Shown: one piece after another, positions 12,634 through 26,409 of the stretch | Position numbering within the stretch: position 1 is the first letter of the stretch | Layout of the letters: every line of letters begins with the position of its first letter | Origin: Octopus vulgaris | Lineage: Eukaryota | Length of the DNA stretch: 64,000 nucleotides | Reading direction: 5' to 3' | NCBI GenBank assembly: GCA_951406725.2 | Contig: OX597824.1 | Span: forward strand, 51,274,001-51,338,000 | Notes under the pieces: generated by a model | Seen by the model: the letters and a program-made list of their open reading frames with translations, nothing else | Told to the model about the DNA's origin: nothing | Database searches by the model: none | Program-made: the position numbers and the translations under genes

Positions 12634-12861
12634 TTTTTTTTTTTTTTTGTACTTGTTTCAGTCATCTGACTGCGGCCATGCTGGAGCACCGCCTTTAGAG
12701 TGGTGAAAGAGTACAGCAGGGATCACCACCATCCCCTGCCGGAGCCTCGTGGAGCTGTTAGGTGTTTTCGCTCAATAAACACACACAACGCCCGGTCCGG
12801 GAATCGAAACCGCGATCCTCCGACCGCAAGTCCGCTGCCCTAACCACTGGGCCATTGCGCC
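12634..12861 (-). mobile_element. tRNA-derived SINE family C sharing its 3' tail with family A
   Basis: Head ggcgcaatggcccagtggttaggg...gtttcgattccc; tail ggcggtgctccagcatggccgcagtc plus poly(A); TCAAT repeated at both flanks; absent from the right arm of the inverted repeat. Confidence 0.85.
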
Positions 12862-12899
12862 TCAATACATAAAAATTTTTAATATAAAGAAATAAACCG

Positions 12900-12942
12900 C
12901 CACTACAATCGTTTCATGTCTTCAATGACATTCGTCAGGTGG
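12900..12942 (-). ncRNA. Minimal type-I hammerhead ribozyme
   Basis: ccac-CUGACGA-auguc(auugaa)gacau-GAAAC-gauu-GUA-gugg: full core with stems I and II intact. Confidence 0.85.
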
Positions 12943-13164
12943 ATTTTCGATCTAAAATATCAATATATTAAAATATAAGTTTAAAATAATAAAATTATCA
13001 ATGAAAAATATAAATATATATAATCTATATATAATCTATATAAAATCTATATATAATCAATATATAATCTAAAATAAACCCTATAAACAATTGAATATAA
13101 AGAAACCTATTATTAAAGTTCTCATATTTAAAGATGTACAAAAAAAAAAACAAAAAAACAAAAA

Positions 13165-13205
<41 letters not shown>

Positions 13206-14430
13206 AAAAAAAAAAAAAAAAAAAAAAAAACAAAAACAAAATTAAAATAAACTATATATACACACATGCTCATACACATATAACTAAATATATAACCATA
13301 TCTAAATACATACACTAACTCACACACCAATATATATATATCTATACATACACATAAAAACGTCTAGGCAACGATAAATGAATAAATTAATAAAATAGCC
13401 AAATACTTCAACACATTACTTATTCATACTCCCTCACACACACATACAATCCACAGTCATAAACAATATACATATACCCGCTCACACATACATATACATA
13501 CATACAGAGCTCGATATATACACCAATATATTCACACCCACACCCATACAGATAAATAAATTACGCAAACAATCACACACACACACATTCATACATAGAT
13601 AAACATTCAAAAGAAAAATAAATAATTCTTTGCGCGTGGTGATCGAACGTTTTTTTAAAAATTATGAATGGAAAGAATGGAATAATATTTAATCAACGTA
13701 AATATACAGAATTTACTCCAAAATCATTAATAAACCAATCATGATAATGAAACCCATATATACATATAATGATAAAACACCCTTTACCATACACAATAAT
13801 ACCTATATAGCAATCCCCATAATACATTCACACACAAAAATACACATACGTAAAACACACACCCATAACATATACATATACCCCCTCACATATACATATA
13901 CATACGTACTAAACTTATGTTAATCTTGTTACTTATGATAATCTGGTTACTTATGGAGTATTTTATATATCGTATTATGTGTAGATATGTTGTTTTTCTT
14001 TTGAGTGTTTATGTATGTGTGAATGTGTGTGTGTGTGCGTATTTGGTTGTGTAATTTATTTATTTATATGGGTGTGGATGTGAATATATTGTTGTATATA
14101 TCGAGTTTAGTACGTATGTATATGTATATGTGAGGGGGTATATGTATATGTTATGGGTGTGTGTTTTACATATGTGTATTTTTGTGTGTGAATGTATTAT
14201 GGGGATTGCTATATAGGTATTATTGTGTATGGTAAAGGGTGTTTTATCATTATATGTATATATGGGTTTCATTATCATGATTGGTTTATTAATGATTTTG
14301 GAGTAAATTCTGTATATTTACGTTGATTAAATATTATTCCATTCTTTCCATTCATAATTTTTAAAAAAACGTTCGATCACCACGCGCAAAGAATTATTTA
14401 TTTTTCTTTTGAATGTTTATGTATGTGTGA

Positions 14431-14462
<32 letters not shown>

Positions 14463-15112
14463 TTGTTTACGTAATTTATTTATCTGTATGGGTGTGGGTG
14501 TGAATATATTGGTGTATATATCGAGTTCTGTATGTATGTATATGTATGTGTGAGCGGGTATATGTATATTGTTTATGACTGTGGGTTGTATGTGTGTGTG
14601 AGGGAGTATGAATAAGTAATGTGTTGAAGTATTTGGCTATTTTATTAATTTATTCATTTATCGTTGCCTAGACGTTTTTATGTGTATGTATAGAGATATA
14701 TATATAGGTGTGTGAGTTAGTGTATGTATTTAGATATGGTTATATATATTTAGTTATATGTGTATGAGCATGTGTGTATATATAGTTTATTTTTATTTTG
14801 TTTTTTGTTTTTTGTTTTTTTGTTTTTTTTTTTTTTTGTTTTTTTTGTTTTTTGTTTTTTTTTGTTTTTTGTTTTTTGTTTTTTTTTTTTTTTGTTTTTT
14901 TGTTTTTTGTTTTTTGTACATCTTTAAATATGAGAACTTTAATAATAGGTTTCTTTATATTCAATTCTTTATAGGGTTTATTTTAGATTATATATTGATT
15001 ATATATAGATTTTATATAGATTATATATAGATTATATATATTTATATTTTTCATTGATAATTTTATTATTTTAAACTTATATTTTAATATATTGATATTT
15101 TAGATCGAAAAT

Positions 15113-15155
15113 CCACCTGACGAATGTCATTGAAGACATGAAACGATTGTAGTGG
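15113..15155 (+). ncRNA. Minimal type-I hammerhead ribozyme
   Basis: Identical to the 12900-12942 motif, on the opposite strand. Confidence 0.85.
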
Positions 15156-15374
15156 CGGTTTATTTCTTTATATTAAATTTTTTTATGTATTGATTAAGTC
15201 TTTTCTCGTTTGTTTTGCAAAATAGTGGTTTTGTCTCGAATTAATATTATATAATATTTTACTATAAATTGGATTTATTCCTAAATCTGATTTTTTTCCC
15301 TGTAAATTTGGATTTATTCCCTAATATTTATTATTATATGTATATATATATATACACACACATATATACATATA

Positions 15375-15540
15375 GGTATGTAGGTAGGTATGTAGGTAGG
15401 TAGGTAGGTAGGTAGGTAGGTAGGTAGGTAGGTAGGTAGGTAGGTAGGTAGGTAGGTAGGTAGGTAGGTAGGTAGGTAGGTAGGTAGGTAGGCAGGCAGG
15501 CAGGTAGGTAGGTAGATTGATTGGTTGGTTGGTTGGTTGA
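15375..15540. repeat. (TAGG)n microsatellite
   Basis: Direct reading of the sequence. Confidence 0.95.
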
Positions 15541-15603
15541 TTGTAAATATTTAGAAAAATCGACAGAAAATGTACAGTGACATTGCTCGTGGTGATTGGA
15601 AAA

Positions 15604-15634
15604 TCCAACGTTTCGGACAATCCTTCTTCAGGGA
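15604..15634 (-). ncRNA. Minimal hammerhead ribozyme
   Basis: ucc-CUGAAGA-a-gga(uug)ucc-GAAAC-GUU-gga; lies downstream of a minus-strand GIY-YIG relic. Confidence 0.6.
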
Positions 15635-15929
15635 AATGTTTACTGAAGGAAAATAAAAGAAAGCAGAGTTTTGTAGCCTCTATATTTAACAAACTGGCTG
15701 CAAGTGAATATCAATGCAAAACAACATGAGTTTTGTAAGTAAACAGGGAATTGTTGGTGAAAGAAGTTTAGGGAGCAATAAAAAGGAAGAGAAATGAAAT
15801 CAAGAGGAGAATCGGGAGATGAGGGTAAAGTAGTAGGGAAAATTTAAGGGAGAGCTGAAGGATAAGAAAAGGTTTAGTCAACTAAAAGGAGATGTAAGAA
15901 TAGGTGGGAAAACATTAATATAACCCATC

Positions 15930-16290
15930 GGTTACATGGTACCAAACGTTGTTCTTGCTGTTTCCTTCAATATGGGATTCATGGTGTGGCGAGATGCTGC
16001 ATATTGATAAGTGCTCTGTTGTGTTGAAGTGAGTAGCGGCAGTTTGGTCAGGTTAAAGTAGTAGTATGCACCCCACCTCATAAAACGAGACACTTTATGT
16101 AAGCTCTCTGGCAAAACTTCAACGTCCCTACTTTAAGAACGCTACCTTCATTAACAGGCCTAAGTAACACAACCACATCTTTCCACTTTATACGTTGCAA
16201 ACTTTGCAGGGACGTTTGTATTTGGGGAAAAGGCCAACGCCTTGCCGATCGCTTTCGAGGGCACTTATGAAGCAACCCGTCACCAACCAT
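15930..16290. pseudogene. Penelope-like GIY-YIG endonuclease relic (rearranged)
   Basis: Plus strand IRCKLCRDVCIWGKGQRLADRFRGH near 16190-16265 resembles the C..C...YIGET.R.L..RF.EH motif; the minus strand at 15930-16055 reads AATHFN, typical of the downstream part. Confidence 0.55.
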
Positions 16291-16954
16291 GATCAATTTG
16301 ATATGTTATAATAACTAACTATTGATTGTCAGTTGCTGAACGATCGTAAAGAATTATTTGAAATACTAACTATTGTTTTCTTGCTAATCTTTTAATCTAT
16401 ACGTGGCTTAGACAGTTTATATCCCCTCGTTAGCACATCTTTATGCAGTAAAAACAGGAAACCGAAGCAAAACTGAAAACAGAAATAGTAATAATGATCT
16501 CAATGATGACGACAATGATGATGGTGGCGGGTGTGGTGATGGTGGCGGTGGTGGTGGTGGTGGTAGTGGTGGTGGTTAGGGAAAAAGATGATGGCAAAGT
16601 GTAGTAGGAAAAGGGTATATATTATTAAACTATATTGTGAAAAAGAGACCAACTTCGCTACCATTATCATCATCAACGCCAGCAGCATCAGCAACATGCT
16701 TGACACCACCATCCTTCCCATCTCCTCCAACTCCAAACCTCATCCTCTTCCTCTTCTTTATCATCACTACCATTGCTATTATTAGAAGCAATTATATTAT
16801 TATGTTATCAGCTATAGGTATTCTTTTTGTTGTTATTGTTATTTGTTTAACAGCTACCAATATAATAAGGATATCTGCAAATGTGCGCAAAATCCTCATT
16901 ATCAACTCTGTATTATTAATAGAATATTGTTAAAACCTCTATATGTGTATACGC

Positions 16955-16999
<45 letters not shown>

Positions 17000-17329
17000 C
17001 ATACATATATATACATATACATATGCACACACACACATATATAAATATATATATATGCATGTATATATATACACACACACTCATATATATATATATACAT
17101 ATATACAAGCATGTATACACACGCATATCCGTTGACGCCCACGTACACATAAACACACGCGCTCGAACGCAAACACACGCGAGAACAGACGTTCACATTC
17201 TTGTACACATTCTTGATACGGCTGTTTATATTTGTATTCCATTGTTGTAAATTGTAAAGAATACATTGTACTGAAATGTTTGTAATTATTGTTAATGTGG
17301 CAAGAAATATATATTTTTATCGTCATAAC

Positions 17330-17343
17330 CGTCGTCGCCGTCG

Positions 17344-17382
<39 letters not shown>

Positions 17383-17480
17383 CCATCATCACCATCATCA
17401 TCATCGTCATCATCATCACCACCATCATCATCATCACCGTCATCATCATCATCTTCATCATCATCATCATCATCATCATT
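17330..17480. repeat. (CAT)n microsatellite
   Basis: Direct reading of the sequence. Confidence 0.95.
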
Positions 17481-17595
17481 ACCTTTTGTTGTTGTTGCTT
17501 TGTTTATGATAATTGTTCCACGCCTTGTCCCAAGACCTCAAGAAACAGCGAGGTAGACGTTTTACTGTGGCTGTTATTTATGACAAGCCATTATA

Positions 17596-18300
17596 GGCGG
17601 AGGCGTGGCTGTGCGGTAAAAAGTTTGCTTCCCAACCTCTTGATTACGGATTCAGTCCCACTGTTTGCACCTTGGTCAATTGTCTTCTACTATAGCTTCG
17701 AGCCGATCAAAGTGTTGTGAGTGGATTTAGTAGACGGAAACTGAAAGAAGCCCATCGTTTCGAAACGTGGAGTAGATGAAACAGGGACAATTGATGAAGA
17801 GGAATATTCTTTATGTTGCATGTCTCGTTTCCCTGTTTGTTTTTTCGTTGTTCAAAAAAAAGTTCGTTTCTATGTTTTCGTTTTTATTTTCGTTTCTCAT
17901 TGTGTTCAATGTTTTTTTGATGTCCTGTACCCATATATGCATGTGTATATACATATATATGTAGGTATGTACATATATGTATATATATATATATCTGTAT
18001 ATATTTATATATTATTTATATTATATATTATTATTACTATTATTATTATTATTATTATATTTTATATGTGCGTATATGTGTGAGTGACTTTGTGCTCATG
18101 TTTGCTCCCATCACTGCTTGACGACCGATGTTGGTGTGCTTACGTTCCCGTAAACTACCGGTTTCGGCAAAAGACACCGACAGAATAAGTACTAGGCTTT
18201 CCAAAGCAAGAAAGAAGTACCAGGGTCAATTAGTTTGACTAAAATTCTGAGAGGTGGTACCCCAGCTTGGCCGTACTCAAATGTCTGAAACAAGTAAAAG
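17596..18300 (+). mobile_element. SINE family A split by an inserted repeat (about 17760-18070)
   Basis: 5' half at 17596-17758 and 3' half at about 18085-18300 match family A. Confidence 0.7.
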
Positions 18301-18319
18301 ATATATGTGTATTCAATAA

Positions 18320-18453
18320 TGGTGTACAAAGAAGCTTGCTTCTCAACAACATGCCTCCGGGTACAGTGGCACCTTGGGCAAGTTTCTTCTACTATATCTT
18401 GTGAATGGATTTGGTAGATGGGTACTGAAAGAAGCCCGTCGTGTATATATACA

Positions 18454-18535
<82 letters not shown>

Positions 18536-18788
18536 TGTGTCTGTGCTTGTCCCTCCATCACCGCTTGACAACCGGTGTCGGTGTGTTTACTTCCTTGTAA
18601 ACAAGCGGTTCGGCAAAAGACACACAATAAGTAGTAGACTGTAAAAAATAAGTTCTGGGGTAGATTTCGTCGACTAAGACCCTTCAAGATGGCGCTCCAG
18701 TCAAATGACTGGAACAATAAAAGAATATATACATATATAGGCGTAGGAGTGGCTGTGTGGTAAGTAGCTTGCTTACGAACCACATGGT
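18320..18788 (+). mobile_element. SINE family A copy plus truncated head of a second copy (18739-18788)
   Basis: Matches family A; the second head is cut by the element starting at 18789. Confidence 0.8.
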
Positions 18789-19804
18789 AAGGGAAATGGA
18801 ATTTAATTAAAATTTAAAATATTCAATTAAAATTTACATTTCCAGTGGTCTAAAGCGTAAAAATTTTTTGTCAAAACGACTATATATTAGTCATACGATA
18901 TAGTGTATATTTAAACACATAGAGAATCCACTTATAGGGATTCGACGCGCTAGAAAGAACAGCTAATTTCTATGACCACAAAAAATTCGGGATAAAATTC
19001 GACAGGAATAAATTTGGAAATGAAAAACATTTACCATCTACTTTCCTGGACCAATTGGTTTCTAATCATCTTTTAGCGAGTCATGGAAAACTCACAAGGT
19101 TTGATTTTCTTCAGTAGGTCCAACCTAGTGTTAAACATATCCACACGAGACAAACAAGGCTACCTGTCTCGTGTTTATACGAACTAACTTTTCAAATTTA
19201 CTGCGCAGACGCAGTCCTTCGTTGGCTACAATAAAAACCGCCAACTTATTTACCAAAAATTATCCAAAAACTTACAGTATTTAATCATATCAAAGGGAAA
19301 TGGAATTTAATTAAAATTAAAAACATTCAATTAAAATTTACATTTCCAGTGGACTAACGCGTAAAAAATTTTAGTCAAAAAGACTATATATTAGTCATAC
19401 GATATAGTGTATATTTAAACACATAGAGAATTGTTTGTCTCGTGTGGATATGTTTAACACTAGGTTGGACCTGCTGAAGAAAATCAAACCTTGTGAGTTC
19501 TCCATGACTCGCTAAAAGATGATTAGAAACCAATTGACCCGGGATGGTAAATGTTTTTCATTTCCAAATTTATTCCTGTCGAATTTTATCGCGAAATTTT
19601 TTTGTTCATAGAACTTAGCTGTTCTTTCTAGCGCGTAGAATCTCTATAAGTGGATTGTCTATGTGTTTAAATAAACACTATATCGTATGACTAATATATA
19701 ATCTTTTTGACTAAAATTTTTTTACGCGTTAGACCACTGGAAATGTAACTTTTAATTGAATGTTTTTAATTTTAATTAAATTCCATTTCCCTTTGATATG
19801 ATTA
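18789..19804. mobile_element. Direct-plus-inverted repeat element (A, partial A, inverted A)
   Basis: 18789-19157 is inverted at 19431-19793; its first ~140 bp is repeated directly at 19293-19430. Confidence 0.85.
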
Positions 19805-20107
19805 TATATACATTTCTCTTGAATGAAACAGTTCTAGTCCTGTAGAAGCTCTTTCTATATAATAAATTAATTTTACTCTGCTATGTATTGAGTACCTTAT
19901 TTACTGTGGTTAACCCCGAATCAACCCGGGACCTACATATATATATATATATATATATATATGTTCAATCTGTCTGCCTAATGCAATACTGGCGAATATC
20001 ACCGAACATTGTTGCACCAAACATATTATCTGTTATGCATATGTATACTTATCTAAATATATACATATATACATAACATATGTATATGTACATATAAATT
20101 ACTCACC

Positions 20108-20216
<109 letters not shown>

Positions 20217-20617
20217 TATGTATGTATAGTTTTACAGATTAGAAGTCCTAAGCGCGATGATGTATACAGATATGAAATATAATGTTGTTACCAGTTCAAA
20301 TATGCTTACACACACACACACATATATATATATTAAATATATATGTGTGTATGTGTGTGTATTATATATGTATGTTTGCATGGAATATATGTATGTATTG
20401 ATACACGCACACATACATATTTTTGTTAGACAAGAATATTATTGACAGTGACTTCGAAGTTTCGGCCAGTTAAGTCCGACATACACACACATTTATATGG
20501 ATGTGTGTATTATAGACCATAGTTATATTTTTTCTGTAATACATTCACAGATGTTTTATCAACTAGAGAACCATGTTTGTCGAAATATATATCAGTCTGT
20601 TACATAAGCTCATCACG

Positions 20618-20665
<48 letters not shown>

Positions 20666-21501
20666 AAGTGGAAACGGTAGTGATAGAGAACAGTAGAGAG
20701 GCGTAGACTTACGAGTGTTCCACACATTTCTGTTGTGTGAGTGATACATCTTGTCTTATAACAGAGCATGTTATTTGCCAAATTTCCAGCGACCACCGAA
20801 AGAATATATACGCACCGCCTTGCGATATTCGCATGAATATTAAATATCTTTAAACAAAGTACAGTTTAGAAGAAGAAGGTTATAAGAAACACAGATCAAT
20901 AGACAGGTGAATGGGCATTGGTAGCCATAGTGGCAGGTATATAAAGAACCCGTCTGATAAATGTTGTGTAGACGTCAGTCATCTATCATCTGACTAGCCA
21001 ATGACTAAATAGGTTGCCGGTGGAATGATGATGGCCTCTTACCCGCAGATTCATGCTCCAGATAGTCATAACCCGTCTTGTTGAGAAACGTACAACACAT
21101 ACTGATATGAGTCGATTAATTGTGTAATATGCAATCATGCAGTCACATATGGTGCAGTGTTACAGCTGCATATGGCAGTATCTCCACTCTCTAATTCGTT
21201 TACCTGTTGAATATGGCGATGACCGCAATAGAGACAAGTAAGGTAAATCCAGTTAGAATGGGAGAAGTTGCTTTGCTGTTTCTCTATACTTGTTATTGAT
21301 GACGTACCTTACAGCCCAGTGACTGGTTTTATACATTGATAAATAACAAACTAGACTGTTAAATAGATCCATAGATCTCTTTCTCTCCCTTTTTCTCTCA
21401 CTCTCACCGCACACGCACACATGCACTCTCTCTCTCCCCCACACACGCGCTTTCTCTCTCTCACTTTCTCTCTCTCTCTCTGTATAGATATATTATGTAA
21501 C

Positions 21502-21553
<52 letters not shown>

Positions 21554-21554
<1 letters not shown>

Positions 21555-22277
21555 TAGCAGCTAAGCCCGGTTTCACCAGGTCGGTTTGGATGATGTGGGT
21601 GTAAAACCTGCTCTGTGTAAGCATTCAACTTGTTTGGGCACGCTTACGTTAAAAAAAAAAACAATTATCTGTCAAAATGCTAAAAATAACTGACCAAAAA
21701 AAGACCAAGATTCGACCAAATCAAAAAATAAACCCAAATACTAAGCGAACAAAGATGAACCATCCCACTTCGATTCCGCGCGTGCACGCAAACGCACACA
21801 TTCATATACCCTCCTTTTACAAACACATATATTTACACAGAGTTGAAACGCTGTTTGATTTATCTTTTTCAGCGTACAATTTTCATCATTCCACTACCAA
21901 GTAAGACATTACTCCTCCTTCCTTATTCATCTATCACCCCTTCATTTCTCACTCATAAACATTATGTTTATGAATGAGAAAGGAGTATTATTATAGTAGA
22001 TTATCTCGGTAACCATGGGGAGGGTATGAAAAAATATGTCATCACCCCTTACTTCTTTATTCATCTATCACCCCTTCCTTTCTCATTCATAAACACAAGA
22101 GTATTATTATAGTAGATTATCTCGGTAACCATACGAGCTATGAAAAAATACAAAGCCCAGCAACACCAGCGGATTATTCTATACATCTGTGTAATTTTTC
22201 GCGCAATTCCACCTAGCCGTTTGACCGTCAATCTCAAGACAAAAAAGAATCGCCCATGTCAAATTTATATGTATAGA
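21554..22277 (-). mobile_element. Non-autonomous Helitron (second family)
   Basis: Minus strand starts TCtatacatata and ends with an imperfect hairpin plus CTAG next to (TA)n; internal tandem duplication at about 21915-22016 and 22050-22132. Confidence 0.7.
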
Positions 22278-22406
22278 CAAGAGACAGACAGACAGGAAGC
22301 AGATAGACAGAGAGAAAGGGAGAGAGAGACATTGTGTGACGAGTGTATCTCCTTGAATTAAATATAACTAGGAGAGTATCCATATATGCGTCTATACTTA
22401 CATATA

Positions 22407-23067
22407 CGAGGTGCGTTCAAAAAGTACCCGATTTTATTTTTCCACTTCAAAACTAAATTTTGCGTTGGCAAAATGCTTTGAGTAGGAAGTGATGCCACTC
22501 TTCCTGTGCATGCAAGAAAATCTTGGGGCTTGTAGACCATGAGAATACACGGCAGTTACGCCTAAAAATAAACCGTAGTGTACGCTCGTCGGATTTTCGC
22601 TTTCCCGCAAGATGGCCGAACGCATTAAGCAGAGACCATAAATTCATGTCTCATCACCTGGGATAATGGTCTCCACGAAGTCTGGTTCGTAGTTTGCACA
22701 GTCCAGCATGGCCTGAGCGAATTCCATGCAAAGTTGCTTCTGCTGCTCCGCCAGCACCTTGGAGGCGAATTTTACCGACACTTTCCGCAGGCACAAATCC
22801 TCCTTTAAAATAGAAGGCATTGATCTTGTACTTAATTTCACACCCTGAGCAATTTACTGGTTTGTTACACGACGGTCTTCGATGACTATTCGCCGGACCT
22901 TCGTTTCGGCTTATGGATGGCCTGCCTGAGTGTGCCTCACTTTCCATAGAGGTGCAGCTATGTTTGAAGTGGTTGTACCACTCCTTGGTCTGAGTTTTGC
23001 CTACTGGCACGAAAATTTTCTCGCATGCGCAGGAAGAGTAGCGTCACTTCTCACCCAAAGTTTTTAC
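22407..23067. mobile_element. Mariner transposon relic with internally inverted transposase fragment
   Basis: TA|cgaggtgcgttcaaaaagtacc mariner-type end; ATG and MAERIKQR at 22612 (+); minus strand 22644-23010 encodes EWYNHFK...SGRPS, LRKVSVKF, TIIPGDET; 22470-22523 is inverted at 23011-23065. Confidence 0.8.
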
Positions 23068-24352
23068 CCACGCGACATAAGTCTTGGCGTACGTACACAC
23101 AATACAAACGCTACACATGTCATCCCTATTTTCGAGCGATAATCCTGATGCGAGGAATTTATAAACAGCTGGTTTCCATTCGAGGAAAAGAATGTCGGAA
23201 CACCTCCCTTGACTCTTTAGTAAGAGACACAGCAATATGTTTGCAAATTCGTTTGCCAGTCCTACGTTTGATGAACGAGCTGACTTTGCTCCGTCGACAT
23301 AGTCAACATCCTTTGTAACGATAGCAACTTCGCGGTTTCCTGTCTTTTAGCGATGGGAACAGATTCTACTTGTTTGACGGCTTACATATACTGTCAACGC
23401 CCATCAGTGGGAGGAGATATTGACATATCGCGACTGATGATATGCTGTGACGCAGAGGCTGACAACACACAGCCAGACGCAAGTAGTTTCCAAGGAAATA
23501 CATTTATACCGCTTTAACAGAAAACAGTGCAAGTAACAGAACATTCACAGCAATAAGGAAATCAACAACAGTAACATCATATAGTGAAAGCGCACCTTTT
23601 GACAAATGAGTAAAACAGAAAAACTAAGTCTCTTATTTTCCACATCGACACAAATTTTTGACATGAACGGATTAGTCGAGGAAAGATCTACTTGGCAAAG
23701 TTTTATAACCAATGGAAACACATCTATGCTGAATTTCTTTACTCAAGTGTTTGATAAAGGAAGAATTCCTATATATCTACCATTAAAAGCGGAACATGTT
23801 TCATCCCGGACCTCGGAATAATATCGTGTTTCTTGATTTCCCTTCCAGTGAGGGCTGAATCTTTGGTTCCCGTTTGTCTTGCATTACATCTAGTTTCATC
23901 TGTTCTAGTTTTGGGATCCTTCCCCTTCAGCTGCACAAACGGACGATGACAACGTGATACTGTTGGAAACTACAGAAGTTCGTTTTATTTTATTTTATTT
24001 TTTGTTTTTTAAGATGGCTACATGATTTCAAGGAGATTTCTCAACTATATCTGACAAATTCTAGGAACCACGTTGTGCGTTTCCCGTTGACACATCAATA
24101 TCATTGTAATTTTTCTTAGAAATCGCTATAGTTGTTGTTGCGAATGTTGTTGGTGTTGTTGCTCTTTAACTATTCACCTCATGTGTACATCTGTGTCTTC
24201 ATATTTTCCACCGTTATTGTATTTCTTCAAATCTCAGACTCTTTCTTCATCATATTTGCCGTCTTGGTTGAGTGGAATATAAAAGCCATCCTCACCAACT
24301 CCAACGACAGCAACAACAAAATCATCTGAGAATAAAAGAAATCGGATACCAC

Positions 24353-24402
<50 letters not shown>

Positions 24403-24465
24403 GTACGCAAATATGCATGTATACAAGTGGGTGTATAGTGTTAGCGAATTATTGTTATTATCATT

Positions 24466-24506
<41 letters not shown>

Positions 24507-24508
24507 TA

Positions 24509-24603
<95 letters not shown>

Positions 24604-24871
24604 TTATTATTATTATTATATGCTATGTATATAATGAAGTAGTACAGCGATTCACCTTCCCTTGAGTATGTCACTAATTAATTGTCTCCGAGCGGAATTT
24701 ATCTTTTGGCAATCAGCGCCAGTGTTGCAGAGAGAAATATGATCTGGAGGACTGCACACTGAGCAAACTATGGGGGTGGGGTGGAATGGGGAAGACTTGG
24801 GGAATAGGTGAAGTAAAGACGATAGACGGTGGTAGATTGAAGATGTATGGCGTAAGGAAGTCGTGATAGAC

Positions 24872-24977
24872 GAAGAAGAAGAAGAAGAAGAAGAAGAAGA
24901 AGAAGAAGAAGAAGAAGAAGAAGAAGAAGAAGAAGAAGAAGAAGAAGAAGAAGAAGAAGAAGAAGAAAAAGAAGAAG
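24872..24977. repeat. (AAG)n microsatellite
   Basis: Direct reading of the sequence. Confidence 0.95.
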
Positions 24978-26007
24978 AGGTGGGTTAGTGAAACCTGATC
25001 CTTGATGTTTGTTCATAGTGATTGGAAAGAAAATATGGAGAGAAAAAATACTTTGGAAAGTAGACATGGTCTCTGAGTGTGTGCGTGTGTGTGTGCACGC
25101 GTGCATATATGTGTGCGTGTATGTGTATAAGTGACTGTGTGTGTGATTTGATTGATTGCCATAGCGTCTAGAAACATCGAAGTCAAGGAAGGAGGGAAAA
25201 AAATTACAGAATAAATAGTATCTTGATGGCTTTACTTAGTTCGCTCGCAGCCGCAAGTCCGACCTACCGAGACTTTCTCTGTTAGAATGTATGCGATGAA
25301 GGAGAAGAAGGAGGAGGAGTAAGATGGGGCACATAGATGAAGAGATAAATAAAATGGCGGAGGATGTGACGAAAGAAATTATGGAGGAAAGAATGAGGAA
25401 ACCGAAAATGAGTTTTTAGTTACGTTTTAATATGTTCTGAGTTCAAATCCTACTTGCATCGATTTTATCTTTTATGGTTCAGATATCGATACATAGATTC
25501 CGATTAATATTGGGATCCATATTATTGAATTTACTCAGTATACTCATCCGAAAATAATTTGTTGGCCTCTTGCTCAATTTATTTGTTTGAGTCATTAGAC
25601 TGCGGCTACGATACAGCATTGCCTTTAAAGTTATCTTTTTTATTTTGTGATTTATTTCAACCGCAATATTTTGATCGCTACCTAATCTGTTGTTGTCGTA
25701 GATGAAGGTAACCTGATGTCGACTGACATGCAAAGGATTAAGAAAAACGGATTAAATACCAGAAGGTATTTCCTTTGACCCACTTTTTCACTTCCACACC
25801 AGTGTGTGTGTGTATGTGTGTGTGTGCACAAGCAGGCTTCTACACCACAGTTTCACTTCTGATGTTTTAGTTGTCCCGAGGCTATGGTAGAAAATGAAAG
25901 CATACCGAAGATGCTGCGCAATGAAATCGAACGCAGATCTGTGTATATGGTTGTGAAGTGAGCTTTATAATCACTGTCGTATGAAGTAAGTCAATATTCT
26001 TTGGAAG

Positions 26008-26409
26008 GGGCGGTGAGCTGGCAGAAACGTTAGCACGCCGGGCGAAATGCGTAGCCGTATTTCATCTGCCGTTACGTTCTGAGTTCAAATTCCGCCGAGG
26101 TCGACTTTGCCTTTCATCCTTTCGGGGTCGATTAAATAAGTACCAGTTACGCACTGGGGTCGATATAATCGACTTAATCCGTTTGTCTGTCCTTGTTTGT
26201 CCTCTCTGTGTTTAGCCTCTTGTGGGTAGTAAAGAAATAGGTATTTCGTTTGTCTTTACGTTCTGAGTTCAAATTCTGCCAACGTCGATTTTGCCTTTCA
26301 TCCTTTCGGAGTCGATGAAATAAATACCAGTTGAACGCTGGGATCGATACAAATTACTTATCCCCCTCCCCCGAAATTGCTGGCCTTGTGCTAAAATTTG
26401 AAATTAATA
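26008..26409 (+). mobile_element. SINE family B, long form with internally duplicated body, 12-bp TSD
   Basis: TSD ATTCTTTGGAAG at 25996-26007 and 26410-26421; the ttacgttctgagttcaaatt..gtcga..ctttcatcctttcgg block occurs twice. Confidence 0.9.

Larger units (their letters stand above)
12573..15335. mobile_element. Large inverted-repeat non-coding element (arms about 12573-13915 and 14107-15250), Penelope-like architecture
   Basis: Arms are near-identical reverse complements, which explains the mirrored ORFs 13741+/14060- and 13025-/14758+; each arm carries a hammerhead near its outer end. Confidence 0.85.

Noticed and set aside
23606-23975. Non-repetitive stretch with short ORFs on both strands
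   Set aside because: No recognisable domain or convincing splice-site pair.
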